A program made the translations under genes and the position numbers. Under the pieces are notes generated by a model. It made no database searches. It was not told where the DNA came from and was given only the letters and a program-made list of their open reading frames with translations. DNA of 64,000 bases, taken from contig CAYURP010000004.1 in the NCBI GenBank assembly GCA_964447175.1, positions 58-64,057 on the forward strand, read 5' to 3'. The DNA comes from an uncultured Ignavibacteria bacterium (lineage in GTDB: Bacteria; Zixibacteria; MSB-5A5; SM23-73-2). Shown here piece after piece: positions 51,986-61,439 of this stretch. Positions within the stretch are counted from its first letter, which is position 1; every line of letters begins with the position of its first letter.

Positions 51986-54316
51986 ATGACAAGCAGGAAA
52001 CCTGCGCTTTTTATAACCATTGCTTTTGTTTTCGGGGTGATTCTGGGGAACCATCTGGAGGTTTCCTCGACTCTTCTATTTATCTGCTTATTTTCACTTC
52101 TTGTTTTATCCCTTATTTTATGTTTTAAGAGATTAAAAACAGCTTTGAGTTTTGTTTTTATTCTCTGTTTTATTTTGGCTGGATTTTTCGTTCATGAATT
52201 GAAAACAAAGGATTTTCCTGCAGACCATATCATTCATTTCCTGGATCTGAACCGCAAGATCAGCTTAAGCGGAACTGTGTGCAGAGACCCGGATATCAGG
52301 GAGGACAAGACCTTTCTAACCGTAAATTCCGAAAGCATACTTCTAGATGGGTCATTTATCAAAATATCCGGAAGGGTGCTTATTAAAATCAAATCTCCAA
52401 CTAATCGCTTCAATTACGGGGATCATATAAGGGTAAAAGGTTACCTGGGATCACCTTATTCCTCCCGAAATCCGGGAGCTTTTGATTATAAGAAATATCT
52501 GGCTCAATCCAATATTTTCGGTCTTTTGACTGTAAGAAATCCTAATGACGTTAAGATACTTTTCCAGGAGAGGGAAAATCCGTTTTTATCCTACGTTGTC
52601 TACCCGGTCAAACATTTCATCTTAAAAGTTTTCCGAACTACGCTCAGAGGTGCGCATCAGGCTCTGCTCTCCGGATTTGTGCTGGGTGAGAGAAGAGATA
52701 TTCCTGAGGATGTCTACCAGATGTTTACGGATACGGGGACTTTGCACCTTTTAGCAATCTCCGGATCGAATGTGGGATTGGTTGTTTTGTTCTTTTTTGG
52801 CTTTTTCAGGCTTGTCAGATTTCCGAGGAAGTTGTGTATTTTATTAACTTTACCGGCTATAATCATTTTTTCTTATGTGACTAATAATCAGCCCTCGGTG
52901 GTCAGAGCCTCGATTATGGCAATCATTTTTCTTCTGGCTTTTTTCTGGGAAAGGGAAAAGGATTTAATTAATATCTTAGCTTTTTCTGCGCTTTTGATTT
53001 TGTTTTTCTCACCTTTGAGTCTTTTCGATGTGGGGTTTCAGCTCTCTTTCGGTGTAACTTTGGGGCTTTTGGTTTTCGTTGTTCACCCCGATTCTCTTTT
53101 CCACAAAATTTCCCTTAAGTTTAAAGGTTTTGTCAAGAACTGGATAATATTGCCTGTTTTTGTCTCCCTGGTAGCTCAGATAGCCAGCTACCCTATACTG
53201 GCTTATCATTTCAACCAGATCAGCTTGTACGCTTTTGCAGCGAATCTGGTGGTAGTTCCTCTGGTAAGTGTTGCGGTGATAACCGGAAGCTTAACCGTTA
53301 TTTCTGCACTTTTTAGCATAAGTTTAGCTCAAATCCTTTCTGCTTTCAACTGGGTGGTTCTGACCTTCACCCTCAAGGTGGTGGGGTTTTTCTCCCAGCT
53401 TCCCGGTGCAACTTTAGATCTGCCCTCACCTTCATATCTTTTTATTATTCTCTACTATCTTTTCTTTTTAGTTATCCTGATTGGCTGGGGCAAAAAAGCC
53501 AGGAGAATAGGTTTTTTCAGTTTGATTTGTCTGAGCGCTTTGATTATAAGCCAGGAAGTTTTATCCCGAAAAGGGAAATTGGAGATAACATTTATGGATG
53601 TGGGCCGGGGGCAGAGTATTCTAATAGATTTAACTTCAAAAGAAAAAATACTTATAGATACCGGACCAAAAAGCTCAACCTGGGATGCCGGGGAAAGGGT
53701 GGTGGTTCCCTATCTAATAAAGAAAAACATAAGATTCATAGACCGGCTTATACTGACATCTGAGGGAGATGAGTTCAATGGTGGTCTGGAGTCGGTGCTT
53801 CAAGAGGTGAAAGTGGGGAAGGCGATGATTTCAGATTCTTCTCAGAAATTAGCCCAGTTATTAGAAGGTTATGGAATCCCTTATCAGAACATGCAGGAAG
53901 GCTTTGATTTGGATGGGAACGTAAAGATTTTTAACTATTTGCCCGATAAAGAAAAGAAAGGATACCTTTTGACCCTGGAGTATGGGGATTTTAATGCCTT
54001 TTTTTTAAATTCTAATCCAGGAAAAGGGATTCTTAATTTACTTAGAGGTAAAGACTTCCATTTGGTGAGCACATTGTCAGAGTGTGTGGAGGAGGATGAA
54101 TTCAAAGAGGTAGTTGATGCTTTAAAACCGCAGGCGATCATATTGACAAGCTATGAACATCCCTGGGATGTGCCTGATCTTAAAAGACTGGATTTTAAAG
54201 TTCCCGTATTCTGGACTAAGGATAAGGGTGCGATAAAGATTGAGATTAAAGGATCTGATTTAAAATTAAAATGGATGTTGGGTAAGAAAAGATCAAAAAG
54301 ATTTAGGTTGAGGTGA
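51986..54316 (+). CDS. comEC: DNA internalisation competence protein ComEC/Rec2 with a C-terminal metallo-beta-lactamase domain.
   Basis: It is polytopic. The competence-domain motif is 'LHLLAISGSNVGLVVLFF'. The C-terminal MBL-like domain starts at 'LEITFMDVGRGQSILIDL'. Confidence 0.9.
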   Translation: MTSRKPALFITIAFVFGVILGNHLEVSSTLLFICLFSLLVLSLILCFKRLKTALSFVFILCFILAGFFVHELKTKDFPADHIIHFLDLNRKISLSGTVCRDPDIREDKTFLTVNSESILLDGSFIKISGRVLIKIKSPTNRFNYGDHIRVKGYLGSPYSSRNPGAFDYKKYLAQSNIFGLLTVRNPNDVKILFQERENPFLSYVVYPVKHFILKVFRTTLRGAHQALLSGFVLGERRDIPEDVYQMFTDTGTLHLLAISGSNVGLVVLFFFGFFRLVRFPRKLCILLTLPAIIIFSYVTNNQPSVVRASIMAIIFLLAFFWEREKDLINILAFSALLILFFSPLSLFDVGFQLSFGVTLGLLVFVVHPDSLFHKISLKFKGFVKNWIILPVFVSLVAQIASYPILAYHFNQISLYAFAANLVVVPLVSVAVITGSLTVISALFSISLAQILSAFNWVVLTFTLKVVGFFSQLPGATLDLPSPSYLFIILYYLFFLVILIGWGKKARRIGFFSLICLSALIISQEVLSRKGKLEITFMDVGRGQSILIDLTSKEKILIDTGPKSSTWDAGERVVVPYLIKKNIRFIDRLILTSEGDEFNGGLESVLQEVKVGKAMISDSSQKLAQLLEGYGIPYQNMQEGFDLDGNVKIFNYLPDKEKKGYLLTLEYGDFNAFFLNSNPGKGILNLLRGKDFHLVSTLSECVEEDEFKEVVDALKPQAIILTSYEHPWDVPDLKRLDFKVPVFWTKDKGAIKIEIKGSDLKLKWMLGKKRSKRFRLR

Positions 54317-54317
54317 A

Positions 54318-55484
54318 ATGAGTCTGGTAGGAAATTTAAAGACGGTTTCTTTTTCTGATCTTTTGCAGCTTATCAGCACCAACAAGAAGAGCGGTATGCT
54401 TTCCATAACCCGCCAGAACCAGCAAAAAAGCCTTTTCTTTTTGGAAGGGGATCTGATTTCATTTGTCACCAGCGAGCAGGAGGATTGGTATCTGAGTCAG
54501 CTTCTGATACGCAAAAGGAAAATAGACAAAAAGGATTGGGATAGGGCTCTGCTTTTATCGAAAAGCTCCGGAAAGGGAATTGCAGAAACCCTGGTGGAAT
54601 TGGGTTTGATATCCAGGCGAGATGTTCTGGAGGCTTTAAAAACACGAATTGAGGAGGTGGTTTTCGCCATTTTTGGCTGGGAGGAGGCTGATTTTGAGTT
54701 TATGGAAGGTAAGCTGCCACCCCCAACTGATTCCAAATTGAAAATGAATACCATGGGTCTGATAATGGAGGGAGCCAAAAGGGTGGATGAATGGTCGGAG
54801 ATTCAGAAGACCCTTCCGCCGGGTGATTTTACCCTGGAACTGAACCTGAAGCCTCCAGCTAAAGATGGAATGTTAAACTTGACCCTGGATGAATACCAAA
54901 CCTTGCTTCTGATAAACGGACAAAGAAGTGTCAGCGAGATTTTAATGGAAAGTCCTCTGGGGGAGTTCACCACCTCCAAATCTTTGTCTCTTCTGATCTC
55001 AAATGGGTTGGTGATGAAAGGAGAACAAAAAACTGCATACCAGAACAAAGAGGATGAGGAGAAAGCTTTGCTGGATATAGTTTTTCAGGTTTATCATCAT
55101 TGTTTTTCCGTTACGGAGGAGGTCTTAATCCAGAAGCTGGGACAGGGGAAAGACGAACTGCTAGACCGTCTTGTTGGCCAGCAGAAAAGATACTATCCTA
55201 TTCTGGGGAGATTATTAAAAAAAGGTTTTTTGGGAAAAGATAACTTTTTATCGGTAGCAAAGGAGATCCCCCAGGAAATCAGATTGCATAAAATTTTGGA
55301 TTTGCTTAATTCGGTTTTATTTGCATACTTGAAAAACCTGCATTCGATTCTGGGTATAAATATAAAAAATAACCTATATGACCAGCTTAAGAGGGAAATT
55401 GCCCCTTTTCTGGAAGCTGATAAATTGGTAGCTGAAAAATATCAGCTCCAACAGGAAATATACAGGATTTTAGATAAAGTTTGA
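54318..55484 (+). CDS. DUF4388 (PATAN-like N-terminal) domain protein.
   Basis: The N-terminus 'GNLKTVSFSDLLQLISTNKKSGMLSITRQNQQKSLFFLEGDLI' matches the DUF4388 signature (G.L.......LLQ.L.....G.L.L). It lies upstream of the roadblock/MglA genes. Confidence 0.65.
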   Translation: MSLVGNLKTVSFSDLLQLISTNKKSGMLSITRQNQQKSLFFLEGDLISFVTSEQEDWYLSQLLIRKRKIDKKDWDRALLLSKSSGKGIAETLVELGLISRRDVLEALKTRIEEVVFAIFGWEEADFEFMEGKLPPPTDSKLKMNTMGLIMEGAKRVDEWSEIQKTLPPGDFTLELNLKPPAKDGMLNLTLDEYQTLLLINGQRSVSEILMESPLGEFTTSKSLSLLISNGLVMKGEQKTAYQNKEDEEKALLDIVFQVYHHCFSVTEEVLIQKLGQGKDELLDRLVGQQKRYYPILGRLLKKGFLGKDNFLSVAKEIPQEIRLHKILDLLNSVLFAYLKNLHSILGINIKNNLYDQLKREIAPFLEADKLVAEKYQLQQEIYRILDKV

Positions 55485-55882
55485 ATGGGAAATATGAGAT
55501 GAAGGGAAAGTTTTTTTTCTTAGTTCTGTTGTTTATACTATCAGGGATAAGCTTTTCCCAAACTTATGCCCAGATCGAAGGTGATGTTTCAGTGCAAGGC
55601 TCTTTTCTGGATGTGATTTTGAATTTCGCGATTCTTTTAGCTGTCTCTGGGTGTTTTGTTTACACTAAAAAAATCGAGTCATTCCTTAAAGGAGGCGAGC
55701 TTTCCCCGGGCTGGTTATTAATACTGATTTCATTTTTCGTGCTGGTGCTCTTGCAGTTTGTCAAGCTGGGGAATTCAATGAATATCTTTAACTTCGATTC
55801 AGCTCTTTATTCATTTTTAAAGCTAATATGGGTGATTCTCTTGGGATGGGGGATTTATCAATTGAAGAAGGTTATAAGCTAA
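55481..55882 (+). CDS. Small membrane protein, hypothetical.
   Basis: It has a signal peptide plus ~3 hydrophobic helices. Its start overlaps the stop of the upstream gene. Confidence 0.4.
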   Translation: MNGKYEMKGKFFFLVLLFILSGISFSQTYAQIEGDVSVQGSFLDVILNFAILLAVSGCFVYTKKIESFLKGGELSPGWLLILISFFVLVLLQFVKLGNSMNIFNFDSALYSFLKLIWVILLGWGIYQLKKVIS

Positions 55883-55962
55883 ACCAAAAACTCAAGTGGT
55901 TTGAGTGGATTTACCGGGCTTTAGTGACGATAGAAAATAAAGGGTGAAGTGAGAGGTTACAG

Positions 55963-56799
55963 ATGGTAAATGCTGATGAATTAGATGACAGAATCGATAA
56001 ATGTAAAAAAATATTATCTAAAGACCCGGAGTCTTTGATATTCGCTGCCCTGTCCGAGGCTTATCGAAGAAAAGGGGATTTGAATATGGCCACCAAGGTC
56101 TGCAATCAGGGTCTCAAAACCCATCCGGATTACGGTTCTGCTCATCTGGTTCTGGCTAAAATAAATATGGACAAAAGGTTTTTTGCTGAGGCGGAGAAGG
56201 AGCTCTTTTTGGCTATCAAAGCCGATGGCCAAACCAGAGCCAACGAGCTCCTTTTATCTGAGATATTGATAAAAAAGGGCAAGTCTATGGAAGCAAAAAA
56301 ACTCCTGGATAAACTTTTTGCTACAGATCCGGAAAACCCTCAGGTAACAAAACTTCTTGAGGAGATCGAGAGCCAAGAGAAAGCAGGGGAAACCGAAGTC
56401 AAATGGAAGGATATTCCAACCGATTATAAGATCTTCAAACAACTCAAAGAGAAACTCTCTCCCCGGGAAGCTCTGGATGAGATTTTAAAAGTACCTGGTG
56501 TTCTGGGTTGTTTAATTATAGATAAAGATGGTCTGATAACCGAACATAGATTCAAACAGGAATCAAACATCGAAGCCATAGGTGTAGCAAGTGCTGTGGT
56601 CTTTGGGGAGATTCAGAAAAGTTTGCCCCGGATAGATTTCGGCACACTGGATCAAGCCCTGATTGAAAGCAAAGAGATGAACTTTTTGGTGCTGAAATTG
56701 GATAATTTACTTTTGAGTGTGTGCTGTGATAACCGGACCAATTTCGGCTATATGAAAATCAGGCTTTCTAAGGTCAGGGAAAGGATATCTATTACATAG
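55963..56799 (+). CDS. TPR-repeat protein fused to a C-terminal roadblock/LC7 (MglB-like) domain.
   Basis: The N-terminal TPR-like helices are LIFAALSEAYRRKGDLNMA and YGSAHLVLAKINMD. The C-terminus 'VPGVLGCLIIDKDGLITEHRFKQESNIEAIGVASAVVFGEI' shows the roadblock pattern. Confidence 0.55.
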   Translation: MVNADELDDRIDKCKKILSKDPESLIFAALSEAYRRKGDLNMATKVCNQGLKTHPDYGSAHLVLAKINMDKRFFAEAEKELFLAIKADGQTRANELLLSEILIKKGKSMEAKKLLDKLFATDPENPQVTKLLEEIESQEKAGETEVKWKDIPTDYKIFKQLKEKLSPREALDEILKVPGVLGCLIIDKDGLITEHRFKQESNIEAIGVASAVVFGEIQKSLPRIDFGTLDQALIESKEMNFLVLKLDNLLLSVCCDNRTNFGYMKIRLSKVRERISIT

Positions 56800-56822
56800 A
56801 GGTAAAAATAACGGAGAAAAGA

Positions 56823-57734
56823 ATGAAAAAAGAAAATAGAAGGGAGCAAAGGCTTTTGATTTTGTTGGGATTTTTTCTGGCAGTGGTCCCTTTGGCATTT
56901 TTTCCTAATGATTTGGGCGTGAAAATCGATACCACCCCTTTTCTTGTCTTTCCTTTTGAGATGCTATGGTATTTCGTGGTTTATCTTCTCTTGTTCTCTG
57001 AGTTACCTTTGTCTGTTCCTTTTCTTTATGCTCTTATCACTTTAGGCTTAAGGCTTATAATTGGAGCCGTTTTTGGCATGCTGCTTTATATTATGTTTCC
57101 ATTGGAAACAATATCCCTGATGAAGGTAAATATCTTCACGTATTTTCCCGCATTATTGATCCAGGCAACTTTGTTGCCTTTTGTGGTAAAGATTTCTCTG
57201 GGAAACACAATAGAAGCTTCCTGGAAAGAAAGAAAAAGACCCCATAAGGTTTTCCTTTCTTCCTTCCAGCCATCTGAAGAGAAAAAAGAAACTGTAGCAG
57301 AAAAGCCGGAGAAAATCCAGGTGGACTTAGAAGCGGCTTTGGATTACGTTAAGGAGTATTCAGGCGTGGAAGGTGTAATCCTGCTGGACCAAGAAGGTTT
57401 GGTGGTTGCCAATAGAGTTAATTCTGGTTGGGATGACGAGAAAATCGCACCCCTGGCTTTGCTGTTAAGAAAAATTAACTCCCAAGAGTTGGGCAAAATA
57501 GATACCAGCCCGATTGAGAGAATGGAGCTTTTGTCTCAAAAACTCTGGATCAGTTTGAATAATATTGGCGATTTTACCTTGGTATGCCTGGCTCATCGGT
57601 CCACAGATGAACTTCTAAATATCAGGATATTAAAGGCTGTGGAAATGATAAGGAAATATTTAGATGAAAAATATGCCGGAATATTTTCGAAAAATCAGGA
57701 GGTAGAGAATGTACCAGATCTTAGAAGAGCTTAA
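56823..57734 (+). CDS. Membrane-anchored roadblock/LC7 domain protein.
   Basis: It has ~5 N-terminal TM helices. A cytoplasmic C-terminal roadblock-like domain follows ('VKEYSGVEGVILLDQEGLVVANRVNSGWDDEKIAPLALLL'). Confidence 0.5.
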   Translation: MKKENRREQRLLILLGFFLAVVPLAFFPNDLGVKIDTTPFLVFPFEMLWYFVVYLLLFSELPLSVPFLYALITLGLRLIIGAVFGMLLYIMFPLETISLMKVNIFTYFPALLIQATLLPFVVKISLGNTIEASWKERKRPHKVFLSSFQPSEEKKETVAEKPEKIQVDLEAALDYVKEYSGVEGVILLDQEGLVVANRVNSGWDDEKIAPLALLLRKINSQELGKIDTSPIERMELLSQKLWISLNNIGDFTLVCLAHRSTDELLNIRILKAVEMIRKYLDEKYAGIFSKNQEVENVPDLRRA

Positions 57735-58056
57735 CAAGACCTCTGGTATAACCGGAAGTCTTTTGGTGGGCTCCGATGGGATAATCATCGCAGCAGATTT
57801 AGATACTCGTTTTCAGGATGAAACTGTTGGTGCTCTGGCAGCCTCCATAGTGAGCACTGTGGATAAATCGCTGGAGAAACTTCAGGGGACTCCTTTCAAA
57901 CAGGTAACCATCGAGGCAGATAAGGGAAAACTATTCCTCATGGATGTGGGAATAGGGGTTTTGGTGGTAACCACTGAACCGGATGTTAATATGGGTCTGG
58001 TGAGGTTGGAGATCAAAAACGCTCGTCATAGGATCCAAACCAGAGAATCAATGTAA
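57709..58056 (+). CDS. Roadblock/LC7 domain protein (MglB/MglC-like).
   Basis: 'LNKTSGITGSLLVGSDGIIIAADLDTRFQDETVGALAASIVST...FLMDVGIGVLVVTTEPDVNMGLVRLEIKNA' matches the roadblock fold. Confidence 0.8.
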   Translation: MYQILEELNKTSGITGSLLVGSDGIIIAADLDTRFQDETVGALAASIVSTVDKSLEKLQGTPFKQVTIEADKGKLFLMDVGIGVLVVTTEPDVNMGLVRLEIKNARHRIQTRESM

Positions 58057-58071
58057 AAAGAATAAAGGAAT

Positions 58072-59046
58072 ATGGTCTCAATAAATTATGCTTTCAAGGA
58101 GATTTCCTGTAAAATAGTATACTATGGACCGGGATTGAGTGGTAAAACCACCAACTTACAATATGTTCATAAGAAAATTCCGTCCAATACCAAAGGGGAG
58201 TTGATATCCTTGGCTACCGATGCGGACAGAACTTTGTTCTTTGATTTTCTTCCTTTAAATATTGGGGACATTCATGGGTTCTCTGCCAAGTTCCAGCTTT
58301 ATACTGTGCCCGGTCAGGTTTTCTATAATGCCACCAGAAAGTTGGTCTTACGTGGGGTGGATGGTCTGGTTTTTGTGGCTGATTCCCAGGGATCTAAAAT
58401 GGATGAAAATTTAGAGAGTCTGGAAAACCTTAAAGAGAATTTGAGGGAATATGGTTATGATATGGACAAGCTGCCTATGGTTTTTCAATATAACAAAAGG
58501 GATCTGCCGGACATCACTTCCCTGGAGGAACTGGAAGCCCAGCTTAATCCTAAAGAACTGGTTTTTTTTGAGTCTGTAGCCACCACCGGACAAGGCGTTT
58601 TCGACACCCTTAAGTGCATCACTAAAATGGTTCTGGATAAAACCAAAGGTAAACCGGAAGTTAGCGAAAGCGAAAAATATGTCTCCCCGGAGTTGGAAAT
58701 GGCACAATACAGAGCAGAAAAGTTAAAAGCTAAAATAGTTCCCGGGGCAATGGAGAAGATTCTTGTGGCTGAGGAATCTGAAGAAAGAGTTCCAGAAGAG
58801 GTCTTAACTCCAAAAACTGCCGTTTTAGAAAAGCAGGATCAAGTGGAAACAAAAATACCCATTTACCAACCCGTTCCTTCTGAACTCAAGAGGAAAATCT
58901 TAACTGAGAAAAAAACTGAGCACAGGGAAAAGATCGTATCAGCACCAATTTCCCGGGAGAAGATATTTGCGATTTCCGTGAAAAGAAAACGAACCCCCAG
59001 AGGTTTTTCCTTGTGGGGTTGGATAAAGAAACTAATAGGACAATAA
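58072..59046 (+). CDS. mglA: Ras-like GTPase MglA with a ~125-aa C-terminal extension.
   Basis: Residues 1-195 align almost colinearly with M. xanthus MglA. The conserved blocks are INY...EI.CKIVYYGPGL.GKTTNLQY, DRTLFFDFLPL, LYTVPGQVFY, GVDG.VFVADSQ, MESLENL and QYNKRDLP. A K/E-rich extension follows, ending 'RGFSLWGWIKKLIGQ'. Confidence 0.9.
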   Translation: MVSINYAFKEISCKIVYYGPGLSGKTTNLQYVHKKIPSNTKGELISLATDADRTLFFDFLPLNIGDIHGFSAKFQLYTVPGQVFYNATRKLVLRGVDGLVFVADSQGSKMDENLESLENLKENLREYGYDMDKLPMVFQYNKRDLPDITSLEELEAQLNPKELVFFESVATTGQGVFDTLKCITKMVLDKTKGKPEVSESEKYVSPELEMAQYRAEKLKAKIVPGAMEKILVAEESEERVPEEVLTPKTAVLEKQDQVETKIPIYQPVPSELKRKILTEKKTEHREKIVSAPISREKIFAISVKRKRTPRGFSLWGWIKKLIGQ

Positions 59047-59062
59047 CCCAGGAGGTATCCCC

Positions 59063-59551
59063 TTGAACTCAAGTGATCTTGTGATCTATGAAGATCAAAT
59101 AGAGGAGATCGATAAGGCGCTGATCAAATTAATCAAAGGCGCGGAAGCCAAATGTGCACTTCTGGTGGATAAAGATGGTTATCTTATTACCCGCCAGGGG
59201 TTCACACATTCTCTGGATACCACGGCTTTATCAGCGCTTCTGGCCGGAAGCTTCGCCTCCACCAAGGAAATCGCTCGCTTGGTGGGCGAACCTGAATTTA
59301 GCGTCCTTTTTCACCAGGGCAAAAGGGATCACATCCACCTTTGTCTGATTGATGAACGCACTATTCTGGCAGTGATCTTTGACGACCGAACTACAATCGG
59401 AATGGTGAGATTATACGCAAAAGAGGTATCGGAGGATCTGGCCAGAATCCTTTCTCAAGCCCAGAAAGACAATAAACCCAAAGATTCCAAGCTGGACTCT
59501 GAATTTACCCGCTCGGTGGAAAACAAGCTGGATGATATCTTCAAAGACTAA
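59063..59551 (+). CDS. mglB: MglB (roadblock/LC7 GAP of MglA).
   Basis: 'LVDKDGYLITRQGFTHSLDTTALSALLAGSFAST...ILAVIFDDRTTIGMVRLYAKEVSEDL' is closely colinear with M. xanthus MglB (FLVDKNGQLIS...DTTSLASLTAGN...VVLVVIFDNRTSLGLVRLRIKKASDEL). Confidence 0.85.
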   Translation: MNSSDLVIYEDQIEEIDKALIKLIKGAEAKCALLVDKDGYLITRQGFTHSLDTTALSALLAGSFASTKEIARLVGEPEFSVLFHQGKRDHIHLCLIDERTILAVIFDDRTTIGMVRLYAKEVSEDLARILSQAQKDNKPKDSKLDSEFTRSVENKLDDIFKD

Positions 59552-59560
59552 GGATGGGAG

Positions 59561-61252
59561 ATGTCAGTTGAATTAGGTGGAATGCTGGTCAAAGCGGGCA
59601 AGATCACCCAAAACGAGCTTGACCAGGCCCTGGAGAAACAAAAAAAGACCAATGGCAAGTTAAGTGAGATTTTAATTGAACTGGGAGCCATTGTAGACGA
59701 GGAGGAGCTTTTCCAATTTGTGGGAAAACAGCTGAACATCGGAGCCTTAAGGCTCTCCGATGTGGAGCTTAATCCCGAAGTGGTAAAGCTCATTCCTTTA
59801 GATATAGCTAGAAAATTCAATGTAATTGCCATCAGCAGAATTGGGAAAACTTTAATTGTAGCTATTTCAGATCCCAACAACATCTATGTTTTAGATGCCA
59901 TTAAATTTATAACCGGATGTAATATTCAGCCGGTTATCTCGCCGGAGAAATCGATTCAAAAAGCCATAGAAACCTATTATCACGATTCCGGGGCCATTGA
60001 TGAAATCTTAAGGGGTTTAGAGGATGAGGGATTGGAGGTGATAGAAAACGAGGAACTGCCCTCGGAGCAAGATCTTCAGTCTCAGGTTCAGGATAAACCT
60101 CTGGTCAGGTTAGTGGACGGAATCATCACCGATGCTATCCGAAGAAATGCCTCAGACATTCACATCGAAACCTACGAGAAGAGGATAAGGGTCAGATTCA
60201 GAATCGACGGATTACTTCAGGAAATGGCTCCTTTGCCCTTCAAATACCGGGCAGCCATAGTATCAAGGATCAAGATCATGGCTGATCTGGATATCTCCGA
60301 AAGAAGACTGCCCCAGGATGGGCGAATAAAAGTGAGAGTGGGGGATAGGGCTATTGACATTCGTCTGTCAGTCCTTCCCACTTTGTTCGGGGAGAAGGTA
60401 GTGATGCGTATTTTGGATCCTAGGAGTTTGATGGTGGATTTAACTAAGTTAGGTTTTCCTGAGAGGGGATTAAAAGAATTCGCTCGAGCCATAAGCCTAC
60501 CTTATGGGATGATACTGGTCACCGGTCCCACGGGAAGTGGTAAGACCACCACTCTTTATTCGGCTTTGAAACAGGTGAATGCTCCTGAGGTAAATATCTT
60601 AACCGCTGAGGACCCGATCGAGTTTAATTTCGATGGGATAAATCAGATTCAGGTTAAACCGGATATCGGTTTCACTTTTGCCTCCTCCCTGAGGTCTTTT
60701 CTTCGACAGGACCCGGACATAATAATGGTGGGTGAGATCAGAGATGAGGAAACAGCAGAGATTGCTATTCGAGCTGCTTTGACCGGACACCTGGTATTTT
60801 CCACATTGCATACCAACGATGCGCCCAGTACCCTTAATCGACTTTTGGATATGAACATTCCCAATTATCTGGTAGCTTCAGCAGTGAGATTGATTATGGC
60901 TCAGCGGATAGTGCGAAAAATCTGCAATCACTGCAGAGAGGAGTTCTCGATTCAGCCAGAGACGTGGGAGATGTTGGGAATAGATGAGGAACAAAGAAAG
61001 GATTTCAAAGTTTACCGAGGCCGGGGTTGCCCGGAATGCAATAATACCGGCTACTCCGGAAGAATCGGAATTTTTGAGGTCATGCCCATTACCCGGGATG
61101 TGGAAAAGATGATTTTCTCCAAAGCCTCCAGTCAGGATCTAAAAGATCAGGCTAAAGCCGAGGGTATGCTTACTTTAAGAGACGCTGCCATAGAGAAACT
61201 CAAAAACGGGATTACCTCAGTGGAAGAGGTCCTGGCAGCAACAATCATGTAA
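59561..61252 (+). CDS. pilB: Type IV pilus assembly ATPase PilB (GspE family).
   Basis: The N-terminal T2SSE_N-like domain is LVKAGKITQNELDQALEKQK. The Walker A is 'GPTGSGKTTTLYSAL'. The C-terminal tetracysteine is CNHC...CPEC. Confidence 0.9.
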   Translation: MSVELGGMLVKAGKITQNELDQALEKQKKTNGKLSEILIELGAIVDEEELFQFVGKQLNIGALRLSDVELNPEVVKLIPLDIARKFNVIAISRIGKTLIVAISDPNNIYVLDAIKFITGCNIQPVISPEKSIQKAIETYYHDSGAIDEILRGLEDEGLEVIENEELPSEQDLQSQVQDKPLVRLVDGIITDAIRRNASDIHIETYEKRIRVRFRIDGLLQEMAPLPFKYRAAIVSRIKIMADLDISERRLPQDGRIKVRVGDRAIDIRLSVLPTLFGEKVVMRILDPRSLMVDLTKLGFPERGLKEFARAISLPYGMILVTGPTGSGKTTTLYSALKQVNAPEVNILTAEDPIEFNFDGINQIQVKPDIGFTFASSLRSFLRQDPDIIMVGEIRDEETAEIAIRAALTGHLVFSTLHTNDAPSTLNRLLDMNIPNYLVASAVRLIMAQRIVRKICNHCREEFSIQPETWEMLGIDEEQRKDFKVYRGRGCPECNNTGYSGRIGIFEVMPITRDVEKMIFSKASSQDLKDQAKAEGMLTLRDAAIEKLKNGITSVEEVLAATIM

Positions 61253-61439
61253 ATTCTCCCTTAATAACCTAAAACAAGGATTAGAAAACCTCAGACGGAT
61301 TCAATTTATTCATAAGAATTAAAAAACTATGGGGAAAAGATTACTGGCCACTCCTATTCCTTTTTAATAACACTATGTTTAAGAATTCCTTTTTTGGGTC
61401 GATAATATAAAAGAAAAGCCAAATCATGAGGGGAGGTCA

